Source: Octopus sinensis (Eukaryota). From it: a stretch of DNA of 64,000 bases. Position 1 is the stretch's first letter; every line of letters begins with the position of its first letter. Position numbers and translations under genes: made by a program. The stretch lies in contig NC_043022.1 in NCBI RefSeq assembly GCF_006345805.1, positions 14,198,001 to 14,262,000 on the forward strand, read 5' to 3'. The notes beneath the pieces were generated by a model. It worked only from the letters and a program-made list of their open reading frames with translations, did not search any database and had not been told where the DNA came from. Below are positions 25,561 to 37,692 of this stretch, in pieces.

Positions 25561-26159
25561 GAGAGAAAGGAGAGAGGGGGAGTTTGTGTGACAGTTCAAT
25601 ATGTAGTTCATAACATGAGCACAGAGAAAGAGCGAGAGGAAGAGAGAATGAGAGAGGAAAAGTGAGAGTGGTTGAAGGAGGTGGGGAGATATGAGAGGGA
25701 GGGTATGTTAGTTGATTAATTAAAGAGGTGGGGGGGGCTGGGATTTGGTGGAAGAAAACCAAGAAGCGGCAGGGTGACCTCAAGCTGGTTTGCAGCCGGA
25801 AGGTCAAAGTAGAAAAGGAGGAACAAAAGAACACAGCCATACACACACACACACACACACACACACAACACACACATACACATACATATTTATAAATATA
25901 CAGGTGCAGGAGTGGCTCTGTGGGTAAGTAGCTTGCTTACCAGCCACATGGTTCCGGGTTCAGTCCCACTGCGTGGCACCTTGGGCACGTGTCTTCTGCT
26001 ATAGCCTCGGACTGACCAATGGATTTGGTAGACGGAAACTGAAAGAAGCCTAACGGTGGTGCATCAGCATGGCCGCAGCTCTGAGCTGAAACTAGAGAGA
26101 AATAAATATAACATACATACATATACATGCATATTTATATATATATATATTATATATAT

Positions 26160-26205
<46 letters not shown>

Positions 26206-26804
26206 AATATATATATATAGATATATATATATATATTATATATATAATATATATATATATGTATATTATATGTATATATATATATGTAATATATATATGT
26301 ATATATATATATATGTATATATATATGTATATAATATGTATATATATATGTAAATATATATATATACATATATATATATATGCATATATACATATATATA
26401 TATAAGCATGCATACACACACGCATATATATATACATACATATATATGCATATATATGCATACATACATACGCATTTTTATATATGCATATGTATGTATA
26501 CATAATCTTGCACACACATTATATTCATACATGCATACATCATACACATGTACACACACACACACATATATACACATATAGATATATTCAAATGTGCCCC
26601 CCCCACCACCCCATACGTACCTTCCCTCCATACACGCGTCCTCATGCACACGTTTACCTTGAAACTCATTAAGTATTACGACTAATTAACCTCTTTAATT
26701 TATTTTCATAAATGCATCTGACATTGTAATTGTCTCTTTGTCTGGGACGTGAAGTTAATGAAGAAGTCAAAAGGAGGGGGGAGGGGGAAGAGTGGAGATG
26801 GTCG

Positions 26805-27433
26805 CTTTACTCTTTTACTTGTTTCAGTCATTTGATTGCGGCCATGCTGGAGCACCGCTGTTAGTCGAGCAAATTGACCCCGAGACTTATTCCTTGTGAG
26901 CCTAGTACTTATCGGTCACTCTTGCCAAACCGCTAGGTGACGGGGATGTAAACACACCAGCATCGGTTGTCAAGCGATGTTGGCGGGACAAACACACACA
27001 CACACACACACACATCTGACTGAAGAAGGGGTTTTTTCGTTGTGTTAATTGTCCTGTACTCCATTTTTTGTTGTTTTTAAATATATGTCCAGTTCCTTTG
27101 GTTTGTGTCTATGTTTCCGTTTCTCTTTGTGTTCGACGTCCTTTTGGTGTCCTGTACTCATATATGCGTGTATATGTACATGTAGAGGTAGGTACGTACA
27201 TATATGTTTATATATATGCATATGTTTTATTTTATTTATTAATATATATATATATATATACATATATACGACGAGCTTCTTTCAGTTTCCGTCAACCAAA
27301 TCCACTCACAAGGCTTTGGTCGGCCCGAAGCTATAGTTGAAGACACTTGCCTAATGTGTCACACAGTGGGACTGAACCCGAAACCACGTGGTTGGTAAGC
27401 AAGCTACTTACCACACACCCACTCCTACACCTA
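26805..27433 (-). mobile_element. SINE family 1 split by an insertion (27015-27240) in its internal microsatellite
   Basis: 3' half at 26805-27000, 5' half at 27268-27433. Confidence 0.8.
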
Positions 27434-27897
27434 TATAGATGAAGAGTTTATCAAAATAACTTTGTCATTATTAACACTTTAGCATTTAAACCAGCCATGT
27501 CCAGCCAAAATAATCTACCTTTATTATCTTCAAACTGACTTCATCCTACAATGTCGTTCTAGAAATATACGATCACATTAGTGAAATCTCAACGATATCA
27601 GATAATGCATGATTAATTGACAACAATGTGAATGAATAAGCTGGACATTTGCCGAACCACTAGGTGATGGGGACGTAAACACACCAACATCTGTTGTCAC
27701 GCGATGTTGGGGGGACAAACACACACAAAAACACACACACACATATATATATATACATATACACGACAAGCTTCTTTCAGTTTCCATCTACCGAATCCAC
27801 TCACAAGGCTTTGGTTGGCTCGAGGCGTGGAAGGTGTTTGTAAGGCATTTAATAAACACACAAAAACCGTTAGATTCACTTCAACATTTAAATTTAA

Positions 27898-27948
27898 TTT
27901 GTCAAAATATTTTCGTCACTTTAAGACCATGACCTGCTCACTGACAAA
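27898..27948 (-). ncRNA. Variant minimal hammerhead-like motif (G3-C8 core)
   Basis: UUUGUCA GUGAGCA G GUCAU-loop-GUGAC GAAA AUAU UU UGACAAA; related copy at 60297-60347. Confidence 0.5.
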
Positions 27949-28003
27949 ATTCCTTGCTGCATCCTGTTTTATTATTATTATTATTATTATATTATTATTA
28001 TTA

Positions 28004-28034
<31 letters not shown>

Positions 28035-28044
28035 TTATTCATTT

Positions 28045-28436
28045 ATTTGTTTCAGTCATTTGACTGCAGCCATGCTGGAGCACCACCTTTAGTCAAGCAA
28101 ATCGACCCCAAGACTTATTCTTTGTAAGCCTAGTACTTATTCTATCGGTCACTCTTGCCAAACCACTAAGCGACGGGGATGTAAACACACCAGCATCGGT
28201 TGTCAAGTGATGTTGAGGGGACAAACACAGACACACAAACATACACACACACACATATATATATATATATACGATGGGCTTCTTTCAGTTTCCGCCTACC
28301 AAATCCACTCACAAGGCTTTGGTAGGCCCGAGGCTATAGTAGAAGACACTTGTCCAAAGTGCCACGCAGTGGGACTGAACCCAGCACCATGTGGTTTGTA
28401 AGCAAGCTACTTACCACATATTCACTCCTGCGCCTA
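28045..28436 (-). mobile_element. SINE family 1, full length
   Basis: Family similarity. Confidence 0.9.
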
Positions 28437-29344
28437 TTATTGTTGTTGTTGTTCAGGTTACTGTTTGGAATCGAAGTCGGAATCTTGGGGTTGGTAGCCC
28501 ATGCCCTTAACCACTATGCCATATGCCCGTGGGCATACAGAACTGCATAATCTTATGATCATGAGTCCAACACCCTAACCACTAAACCACATGACCCCAC
28601 ATGAAGTCAAGTTCCTTCCCAAATCATATAGACTCAAAGGGCCAGTTTCTTGATTTCCATGGTGGATATATTCCCCTCCTGGGTGGGACACTGGGCCATC
28701 GCAGGGTTACTCCTATTTGCCAGCTGAGTGGACTGTGGCAACATGAAATGAAGTGTTTTGCTCAAGAACACAACATGTCACCTGGTCCAGGATTCGAAAC
28801 CACAGTCTTATCGCCATGAGTCCAGCACCCTTTATCCCTAAGCCATGCACCTCCACCTTGACCTAGTGGTTAAGGTTTTGCTCTCGTGATTGTGAGATTG
28901 TGGGTTCAATTCTTGGACCCGACAGTGCAATGTGTTCTTGAGCAAAACAATTTGTTTCACATTGCACTGTGATCACGTTGGTATATGATGTGAGGCACAT
29001 TGTGCAAATCTGATGCGTGGCACACCGTGCATCTGTTCAAGTAATGTTGGTTTGATGGAGAGAATAACCTAATGGACAGCACAAACACATCATCTTTACA
29101 GGCGATAATTCAATCTGCTAGAAATGACAACCAAATTTATCCTCAAATCAAGCTTTCTGCTACCATAAATGATGTCCTAGAAAGAAACCCTTTAAAATTC
29201 ATGCCTTTTCATCACAGCTTGGTTAAAACTGATGGACCTGAGGTTTAGCAATGGCAATAACAATATTTGGTTCTTCTTTCGACTCTACTCTCCATAGGAA
29301 CAGAGAGAAAGAGGAGGGAGAGGGGGAGATGAGAGCAGGGTTTC

Positions 29345-29560
29345 TTTCTCTCTCCATCTCTCTTTTCTTATCTATATATCTATCTGTCTATCTATCTTTA
29401 TCTGTCTGTCTACCTGTCTGTCTATCTATCTATCTTTCTATCTATCTGTCTGTCTGTCTGTCTATCTATCTGTCTGTCTGTCTGTCTGACTATCTATCCA
29501 TCCATCCGTCCATCTGTCTGTATATCTATCTATCTATCTTTCTATCTATCTATCTATCTT

Positions 29561-29602
<42 letters not shown>

Positions 29603-29603
29603 A

Positions 29604-29667
<64 letters not shown>

Positions 29668-29752
29668 GTCTGTCTGTCTGTCTGACTATCTATCCATCCA
29701 TCCGTCCATCTGTCTGTATATCTATCTATCTATCTTTCTATCTATCTATCTT

Positions 29753-29802
<50 letters not shown>

Positions 29803-29803
29803 A

Positions 29804-29851
<48 letters not shown>

Positions 29852-29972
29852 GTCTGTCTGTCTTATCTATCTATCTGTCTGTCTGTCTGTCTGACTATCT
29901 ATCCATCCGTCCGTCTGTCTGTATATCTATCTATCTATCTTTCTATCTATCTATCTGTCTGTCTGTCTATCC
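29345..29972. repeat. (TATC)n/(TGTC)n microsatellite
   Basis: Direct inspection. Confidence 0.95.
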
Positions 29973-30334
29973 ACCTTTCTGTTTCACCCTTGTATTCATA
30001 ATAAAAAGTGGAAGCTAGAAAGACAGACATACTGAAGCAGAGTTTGTACCTAAATAGGTCAGCGCCTGTCCAGTTGAACTTTGCCTGACCTGCTGAGGTC
30101 GCAGGTCAAAGGGAGATGATCAATCGATTTTTGACAGGACAAAGAAAACCTTTTTTCGCACCTGTTGATCGTCGTGGTTTGGACAACGAGAATTCTTGGA
30201 TTCGGTTTCGAATCTAGGCTTGGAGAAGGAAGTGTTAATTCCTTCATATATAAGCTAACACTGAGTCTTTGCCATGACCAATGCTACAACTACTTTGTAA
30301 CAGTAAACTGCATGTTAACCAGGACAACATCTAT

Positions 30335-30653
30335 TAAAGGGGATGACTGTGTGGTAAGTAGCTTGCTTACGAACCACATAGTTTCGGGTTCAGTCCCATT
30401 GTATGGCACCTTGGGCAAGTGTTTTCTACTATAGCTTCAGGTCGACCAAAGCCTTGTGAGTGGATTTGGTAGACGGAAACTGAAAGAAGCCCATCATATG
30501 TATATATATATATATTCTAGCAAATATATATATATATATATATATTCTAGTATGTATATATATATATATTCTAGCAAAAACTGTCCGATGAACGGCAACG
30601 GGAAACTCAGAGTAACATGTTTTGTTGAATTTTCTGCTGCTTTAAATAAAGTG

Positions 30654-30706
<53 letters not shown>

Positions 30707-30935
30707 GTGTATGTATATGTTTGTGTGTGTGTATTTGTCACTCCAACATCGCTTGACAACCGATGCTGGTGTGTTTACGTCACCATAACTTAGCGGTTCA
30801 GAAAAAGAGACCGATAGAATAAGTACTGGGCTTACAAAGAATAAGTCCCAGAGTCGATTTGCTCAACTAAAGGTGGTACTCCAGCATGGCCACAATCACA
30901 TGACTGAAACAAGTAAAAGAGTAAAAGGGTAAAGA
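30335..30935 (+). mobile_element. SINE family 1 with a nested Penelope-like fragment (30570-30655)
   Basis: Head and tail flank a TA tract containing a CCGAUGA..GAAAC UCAGA GUA motif. Confidence 0.8.
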
Positions 30936-30989
30936 GAATATTGATGGTGATGATGATGAGGATTCTGCACCAACGAAGACTTAGAGCTG

Positions 30990-31300
30990 CTCACAAAAAT
31001 TTCGTTACGATGGAGAAATTTAAAATATGGATACAGGTATCAAACACAGTTTTCAAACTGAAATATCATTGTTTAGGGATCCATCTGGGGAAATCCATTT
31101 GAACAATTTGTTAAGTTAGCTTTAACACCTCTTGTTTTACCACATGCATGTGTCGATGTGGTAAGAGAGTGTTTAGCCACATTAGTGTTAAATGGGAATC
31201 AAATGAGCATAACAGCCTGAGAAAAGAAACACTAAGAGAAGTTCTAAACATCAAATACGGACTTAAAGGAAGTAGTAAGATAAATATTGTTACATTGAAC
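30990..31300 (+). mobile_element. hAT transposase C-terminal dimerisation-domain relic
   Basis: Frameshifted NPFEQFVKLALTPLVLPHACVDV/ERVFSHIS..NSLRKETLREVLNIKYGLK resembles L.LPHSNA.VERVFS..RN.L..ETL. Confidence 0.55.
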
Positions 31301-31456
31301 TGTTATGGAAAATTGGATTAATTGATGCTTGTAAACTATGTGAAACTATGGCTTCTAGATCAAAAGAAATGATTGGGAAATCTTCCAGAATATTATGGAG
31401 TAAAACTGGTAGAAATTATGTTTATTTTAATTCAATTAGAATTGAAATCTTTAATA

Positions 31457-32060
31457 TATTGGGTTGGTGCATAATTATTGTGGCTTTTTTCAACAAATTT
31501 TATTCAACAAAAACAATAATAATATTTAACAAAAATTTCTTTAAATGATTATTCTGGAGCATATTCACCATCTACCTCAAATATTGTTTCCCATTTGACT
31601 GGCAGACGATCAGACCGTCATTTAAAGATGTTTTTCTCAAACGTTGTTATTGTTTTTGTTGGATAAAATTTGTTGAAAAAAAACCCGCAATAATTATACA
31701 CCAACCCAATATAACTGTAGATGTTTGTGCTTGTGTATATACTATATAACTGTTTATAAATATATGTTATACATCTGTATTTATAGAAGTGTGTGTGTAT
31801 GTGCATGTGTATATGTTATATATTGGGTTGGTGCATAATTAATGCGGCTTTTTTTCAATAAATTTTATTCAACATGTAACAAAAACATCTTTAAATGATT
31901 ATTCTGGAGCATATTCACCATCTACCTCAATTACTACTTCCCATTTGCTTGGCAGACGATCAGACCATCATTTAAAGATGTTTTTGTTAAATACTGTTAT
32001 TGTTTTTGTTGAATAAAATTTGTTGAAAAAAAAGCTGCGATAACTATGCTAACCCAACAT
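31457..32060. mobile_element. Two mariner-derived MITEs, family B (31457-31711, 31821-32060)
   Basis: TIR TTGGGTTGGTGCATAATTA.TG.GG resembling Hsmar1/MADE ends; ~90-bp arms, TA flanks. Confidence 0.85.
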
Positions 32061-32169
32061 ATCCTTTGATATTTAGACTTTAGATCTATTTATATGATTT
32101 TTGTTTTAACTTAGATGCATCTTTTTTTTTTTTTTGAGCAGTGGGGAGTTACTTTTCACTTTTATCTGG

Positions 32170-32592
32170 GGATCTTTTCGGTTTGAACGGCAATTTTTTC
32201 TAGCGGTGTCATATGAAATTGTCACCCATGATTATGACCCTAGTATCGATCTATTGCATTTCAATCTGTTTTAGGGTTAGGGTTAGGATTAGAGGTTGGG
32301 AAGGGTATCTTTTTTTCTTCAGAAATGTAAATAAACCCAATCTGTTTCTTAAACGAGGGACATATTCATATGGCACAGAATGTTTTCACCTCAATAGACG
32401 TCATTGATTGGTTGAAATTGCAGAAATTGAAGAAAAAAAACAACAAATATCTTACAAACTATAGAATTTTCTCAATAAAGCCAAGAGAAAAAAATGTTTT
32501 ATAAACATATTCTATCAGTATACGAAGTTTTAAAATGTTTAGTTACGTGGAAATTATTTTTTTAAAAACTGCCGTTCAAACCGAAAAGATCC
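32170..32592. mobile_element. Merlin-like MITE with internal TTAGGG repeats
   Basis: TIR GGATCTTTTCGGTTTGAACGGCA; 8-bp TSD TTATCTGG/TTATCAGG. Confidence 0.75.
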
Positions 32593-33988
32593 TTATCAGG
32601 CACCATTAGTGACTTTTAGCTCTGGAAATAATGCTTTTTAAAATTTCGAATTATCATTGCTGATAATTTAGCACTTTTACTACTCAGAATCGTGGATCGT
32701 TTCACTATAGGTACAGAGAACCTCCCTTACTCCACCAGGAGGGTCAATATCAACCATTTGGCGAAAACCTGGTTTAATGGAGTATAAATAGCATGTATAA
32801 ATTAAGCGTGGTTGGAGGTGTCCTCTAGAACCATGGCGTGATCGCAAACTGTTCCATTGATACTTTAGAGATAAGGTTAAATAATTCAACAACAGTGATT
32901 CATTTTCAATATCTATTGATATGTATATGAAGAAGCAGTAGATATTTGTCATTCTCTTGCTTTCTTTCGCACACACACTCACATACATATACAGCTTTAC
33001 ATCGACAAAAATAAATAAAGCCAAGAAAGTAATAGCCGCCATAATGTGTGTGCATGCAGACACACTCTAAAATTCACAAGTTATTCTCTCACAATTTGTA
33101 ACATTATGCTGGGAAAATCTCACAGAAATACCGCTATAAAACGTATTTGTGGCATTTCTTTTCATTTTTAATGACTCAATCCTTTTTTTTTCTCCCTTTC
33201 AGCTGACCACACTTTATCAAAAAACATGTCTGTGAATATCGCTTAAATAGCATCTCAGATTAAATCACCATCTACCAAAACAAGTTTGTTTCATGTTTTT
33301 CTTTAATTTTTGTTTTCCTTACCCCCCCCCTCTCTCTCTAAAAAGCAGAAAAATAAAATACAGAATCCGAACACACATTTACGAGAAACGTTGTCGAATA
33401 ACGAAAAAAGAAACAATGATACTATTACTAATAATAATAACGGATCCTTCAATCATTACTACAAAAAAAAACTAGCGTTACGTCCGCCATTGCTGGGGGG
33501 TAACCGTGACCTGAGAAACACGATGCAAAGTGGTGATGTGATGGGACAAACACATTGTAAGAATACATCCTTATTTGTTGAAGGTGATTGTCTCCTTCAA
33601 TAAACTATCATTTGTTTCCTTAAAATAGTAAAAAATTAATGTTATTATAATTTGAATATTAATTGACGAAATAAATGCTATGTTCAAATGATAAGTAGGA
33701 TGGTAAATTGTAAGAAAAAAAGCCATCAAATTGCAACAATTGACAATATCAAAAGGTTGTAAATGGTGATTTTAGTGCATTCATCGTACACCTTGTAAGG
33801 GTGCAGCGTAGGTGGTCGAAAGCCAATGAATCTACCGATCCCAGTTCGACTTGTAGCAATGTTTTTGTTTTACTTATTTCAGTCAATAAACTGTGGCCAT
33901 ATTGGGGCATCACCTCGAGGGGTTTAGTTGAACAAATTGACCCCAGTAGTTGCATTTTTATTGCTTTTTTAAAAATAATTCTGGTACT

Positions 33989-34039
<51 letters not shown>

Positions 34040-34151
34040 GTCTGTCTGTCTGTCTACCTATATGTCTGTCTATCTGTCTGTCTACCTATCTGTCTGTCTG
34101 TCTGTCCATCCATCCATCCATCCATCCAACCATCCATCCATCCATCCATCC

Positions 34152-34185
<34 letters not shown>

Positions 34186-34562
34186 ATATTTGTCTGTCCA
34201 TCCATCCATCCATCCATCCATCCATCCACCCGTCTGTCTGTCTGTCGTCTGTCTGTCTGTCCGTCCGTCCGTCCGTCCGTCCGTCCGTCCATCCATCAAT
34301 CAATCTGTCTGTCCATCCATCCATCCACCTGTCTATCTGTCTGTCTGTCTGTCTGTCTGTCTGTCCATTCATCTATCTATCTGTCCTTTTGTCTGTCTGT
34401 CCATCCAGCTTTGTAATCTGACCCGTCTGTGTCCAGCTCTGTGTGGCTAATAAAGGAACATATCTATCTATCTATCAGTCCGTCTGTCTGTCTGTCTATC
34501 TATATATCTATCTATTTGTCTGTCTGTCTGCCAATCCATCCATCCATCCATCCATCTATCTA

Positions 34563-34594
<32 letters not shown>

Positions 34595-34658
34595 CCCATC
34601 AGAACATCATCTAACATTCTATCTGTTACCATCTTTCTTTGTCTCTCTCTCTCCCTCC

Positions 34659-34694
<36 letters not shown>

Positions 34695-34700
34695 TTCCCA
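33989..34700. repeat. Compound tetranucleotide microsatellite (TATC/TGTC/TCCA/TCCG)
   Basis: Direct inspection. Confidence 0.95.
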
Positions 34701-35239
34701 TTCATTCTCTTTATTCCTGCTTACTCTATCATCATCTCTATTCAACTGCTCCATATTACCAGACATCCCCTACTCTCCCACTCACACCTGGTCCCATTGG
34801 CCCACTCATTCCTACCCACTTTGTACCCTGAAAATCCACCCTATCACCTCATTACTATTACTTTTTATCATTTTCCAGTTCAACCCACTCACTCCCACCC
34901 TCTCCTTTAAATGTGAGTAGACATGTCAGGCCTCTACAGCAAGAAACCAGCTCAATTCCAACCCTTTTCTCTCTCAGACTTTACTCCTCCCTGCTCTTCA
35001 TTCTCCTACCATTCGGGTTCCCTCTCCCCATTCTTGCAAGCTTCAAGGTGATCTCAGAAGTGCTGGCGGCACATAAAAAGGAACCCAGTCCACTCTGTAA
35101 GGTGGTTGGCGTCACAAACGGCTTCCAGCCATAGAAACCATGCCAAAGCAGAAAGCAGAGAATAATGCAGTTCTATGACTTGGCAGGTTCTGGTGAATTG
35201 TCCAACCAGTGCCAGTAGGGACAAATGGACATTCAATAA

Positions 35240-35915
35240 TGATGATAATTAACGAGATATTATATAACAGATATTAAATAATGATAATTAATGAGATATT
35301 ATATAACAGATATTAAATGATGATAATTAATGAGATATTATATAACAGATATTAAATGATGATAATTAATGAGATATTATATAACAGATATTAAATGATA
35401 ATAATTAATGAGATATTATATACCAATTATTAAATGATAATAATTAATGAGATATTATATAACAGACATCAAATAATGATAATTAATGAGATATTATATA
35501 ACAGATATCAAATAATGATAATTAATGAGATATTATATAACAGACATTAACCTTTTAGTTTTAAACCGGCCCTATTTGGCCCAGATATTCCACATGTTTT
35601 ATATTCAAACTGGCCAGATCCAGCCTCTTACACCTAACCTACATTGACATTCTAAAAATAAACAATCACATCATTGAAACCTCAGAGCTATAAGATAATG
35701 CATGATTAATTCAAAACAATTTGAGTGAAAAAATATTACATTTAACAGAGTAATCTGAACCCTAAAGGGTTAAATGATAATAATTAATGAGATATATAAC
35801 AGACATCAAATAATGATAATTAATGAGATATTATATACCAGACATTAAATGATTATAATTAATGAGATGTTATATAACAGATATTAAATAATAATAATTA
35901 ATGAGATATTATATA
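35240..35915. repeat. 39-bp AT-rich minisatellite
   Basis: Unit GATAATTAATGAGATATTATATAACAGATATTAAATGAT; about 8 copies before and 4 after an insertion. Confidence 0.9.
35551..35769. mobile_element. piggyBac-like MITE inserted in the minisatellite
   Basis: TTAA TSD at 35547-50 and 35770-73; termini CCTTTTAG..CTAAAGGG; partial copy near 27470-27650. Confidence 0.8.
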
Positions 35916-36337
35916 CATGTGAGTATATGACCCCTGTTACTTTTGCTCCACTCCTTCCGCCCCACCTCATACCTTGAGGGCCCACTCTGACACACCATCA
36001 ACACGTTTTTATCACTTTCTCACCACCCTCTTTTCAGAAATGTGAGTAGACATGGGAGTCCACTACAACAAGAAACTTGTTCTGCTCTGACCCTTTCCTC
36101 TCATAATTTACTCCCTTTAGGGCTCAGAGCCTTGCAAGCTGCCTGGCAAACTCATTAGTGCTGGTGGCACATAAAACAAAAAAAAACATTCAGTGAACCC
36201 AGAAAAGTAGTTGGGATTAGGAAGGGCACCAAGCTGTAGCAACCATACCAAAGGGGACATTGAAGCACGATGCTGTCCTTGGGATCAGCAGATTTGATAG
36301 GCCAGTAGGGATATGTTTCACCAGATACAGTTCTTAC

Positions 36338-36389
36338 CTCCAGTACTTGTGACACTGTATGTTGTCTTAAAAACTGAATTATTCGCAGG
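36338..36389 (-). CDS. Candidate 52-bp exon
   Basis: tttcaacag|CCTGCG...ACTGGAG|gtaaga; two frames are open. Confidence 0.35.
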
Positions 36390-36739
36390 CTGTTGAAACC
36401 ATACCATACATTTCTTGGGATCAAACAATGCAAGCATAGAACAAGCACATTAAGTGATTATGATGATAGTGCTGATGGCTACCACCACCATCATCATCAT
36501 CATCATTGTGATGGTCGTCATAGTCATCGTCATCATCATCACCACCATCATCATTTTAACGTCCCCTTTTTCATGTTTGCATGGTTCAGGCAAAATTTGC
36601 TGAGGCAGGTTTTCTATAGTCGGGTGCCCTTCCTGCTGTCAAACTTTGCCTCTTTCCAAGCAAGGCAATATTTCTCCATGGCCAGATATGTTCTTGAGAA
36701 AGTCTGGAAACAAACAACATCACTTGTATGATGGTAAAT

Positions 36740-37159
36740 ATTTCTTTACTACCCACAAGGAGCTAAACATAGAGGGGACAAACAAGGACAGACACACGGA
36801 TTAAGTCGATTATATCGACTCCAGTGTGTAACTGATACTTATTTAATCGACCCCGAAAGGATGAAAGGCAAAGTTGACCTCGGCAGAATTTGAACTCAGA
36901 ACGTAACGGCAGATGAAATACCTATTTCTTTACTACCCACAAGGGGCTAAACACAGAGAGGGACAAACAAGGACAGACACACAGATTAAGTCGATTACAT
37001 CGACCCCAGTGCGTAACTGGTACTTATTTAATCGACCCCCAAAAGGATGAAAGGCAAAGTTGACCTCGGCGGAATTTGAACTCAGAACGTAACGGCAGAT
37101 GAAATACCACTAGGCATTTCTCCCAGCGCGCTAACGTTTCTGCCAGCTCGCCGCCTTAC
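36740..37159 (-). mobile_element. SINE family 3 (Meta-domain-like) with a tandemly duplicated body
   Basis: Core TTTGCCTTTCATCCTTTCGGGGTCGATTAAATAAGTA.CAG; two ~185-bp units. Confidence 0.8.
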
Positions 37160-37425
37160 TTGTATGATGGTAAAGCTTACTTACAACCACCACCATCATC
37201 ATCATCACCATCACCATCATCGTCGTCGTCATCATCATCATTGCCATCACCAGCACCATTATCCCCATCGTCATCATCATTTAACATCCATTTTCCATGC
37301 TGGAATTTACATTTTTGCTTGTGTGGACCCCTTTTTGGTTACTATTTTATTCTGGTGGACTCCCATTGTCATTCAACGTTAAAAACTAGCTTTCTAGAAA
37401 TTTCTGTAAATTTCTGTGTGTTATA

Positions 37426-37692
37426 TATTGGGTTGGTGCATAATTATAGTGGCTTTTTTTCCAACCAATTTTATTCAACAAAAATAATAACAACATGTAA
37501 CAAAAATATCTTTAAATGATTGTTCCGGAGCATATTCACCATCTACCTCAAATATTGTTTCCCATTTGACTGGCAGACGATCAGACCATCATTTAAAGAT
37601 GTTTTTGTTAAATGTTGTTATTGTTTTTGTTGAATAAAATTTGTTAAAAAAAAAAAAAGAAAAAGCTGCATTAATTATGCACCAGCCCTATA
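37426..37692. mobile_element. Mariner-derived MITE family B
   Basis: Same TIRs and core as 31457-31711. Confidence 0.85.

Noticed and set aside
32680-33300. 127-aa ORF, TATA-like motifs and a plus-strand acceptor at ~33202
   Set aside because: No domain similarity or consistent exon structure; unique sequence of unknown role
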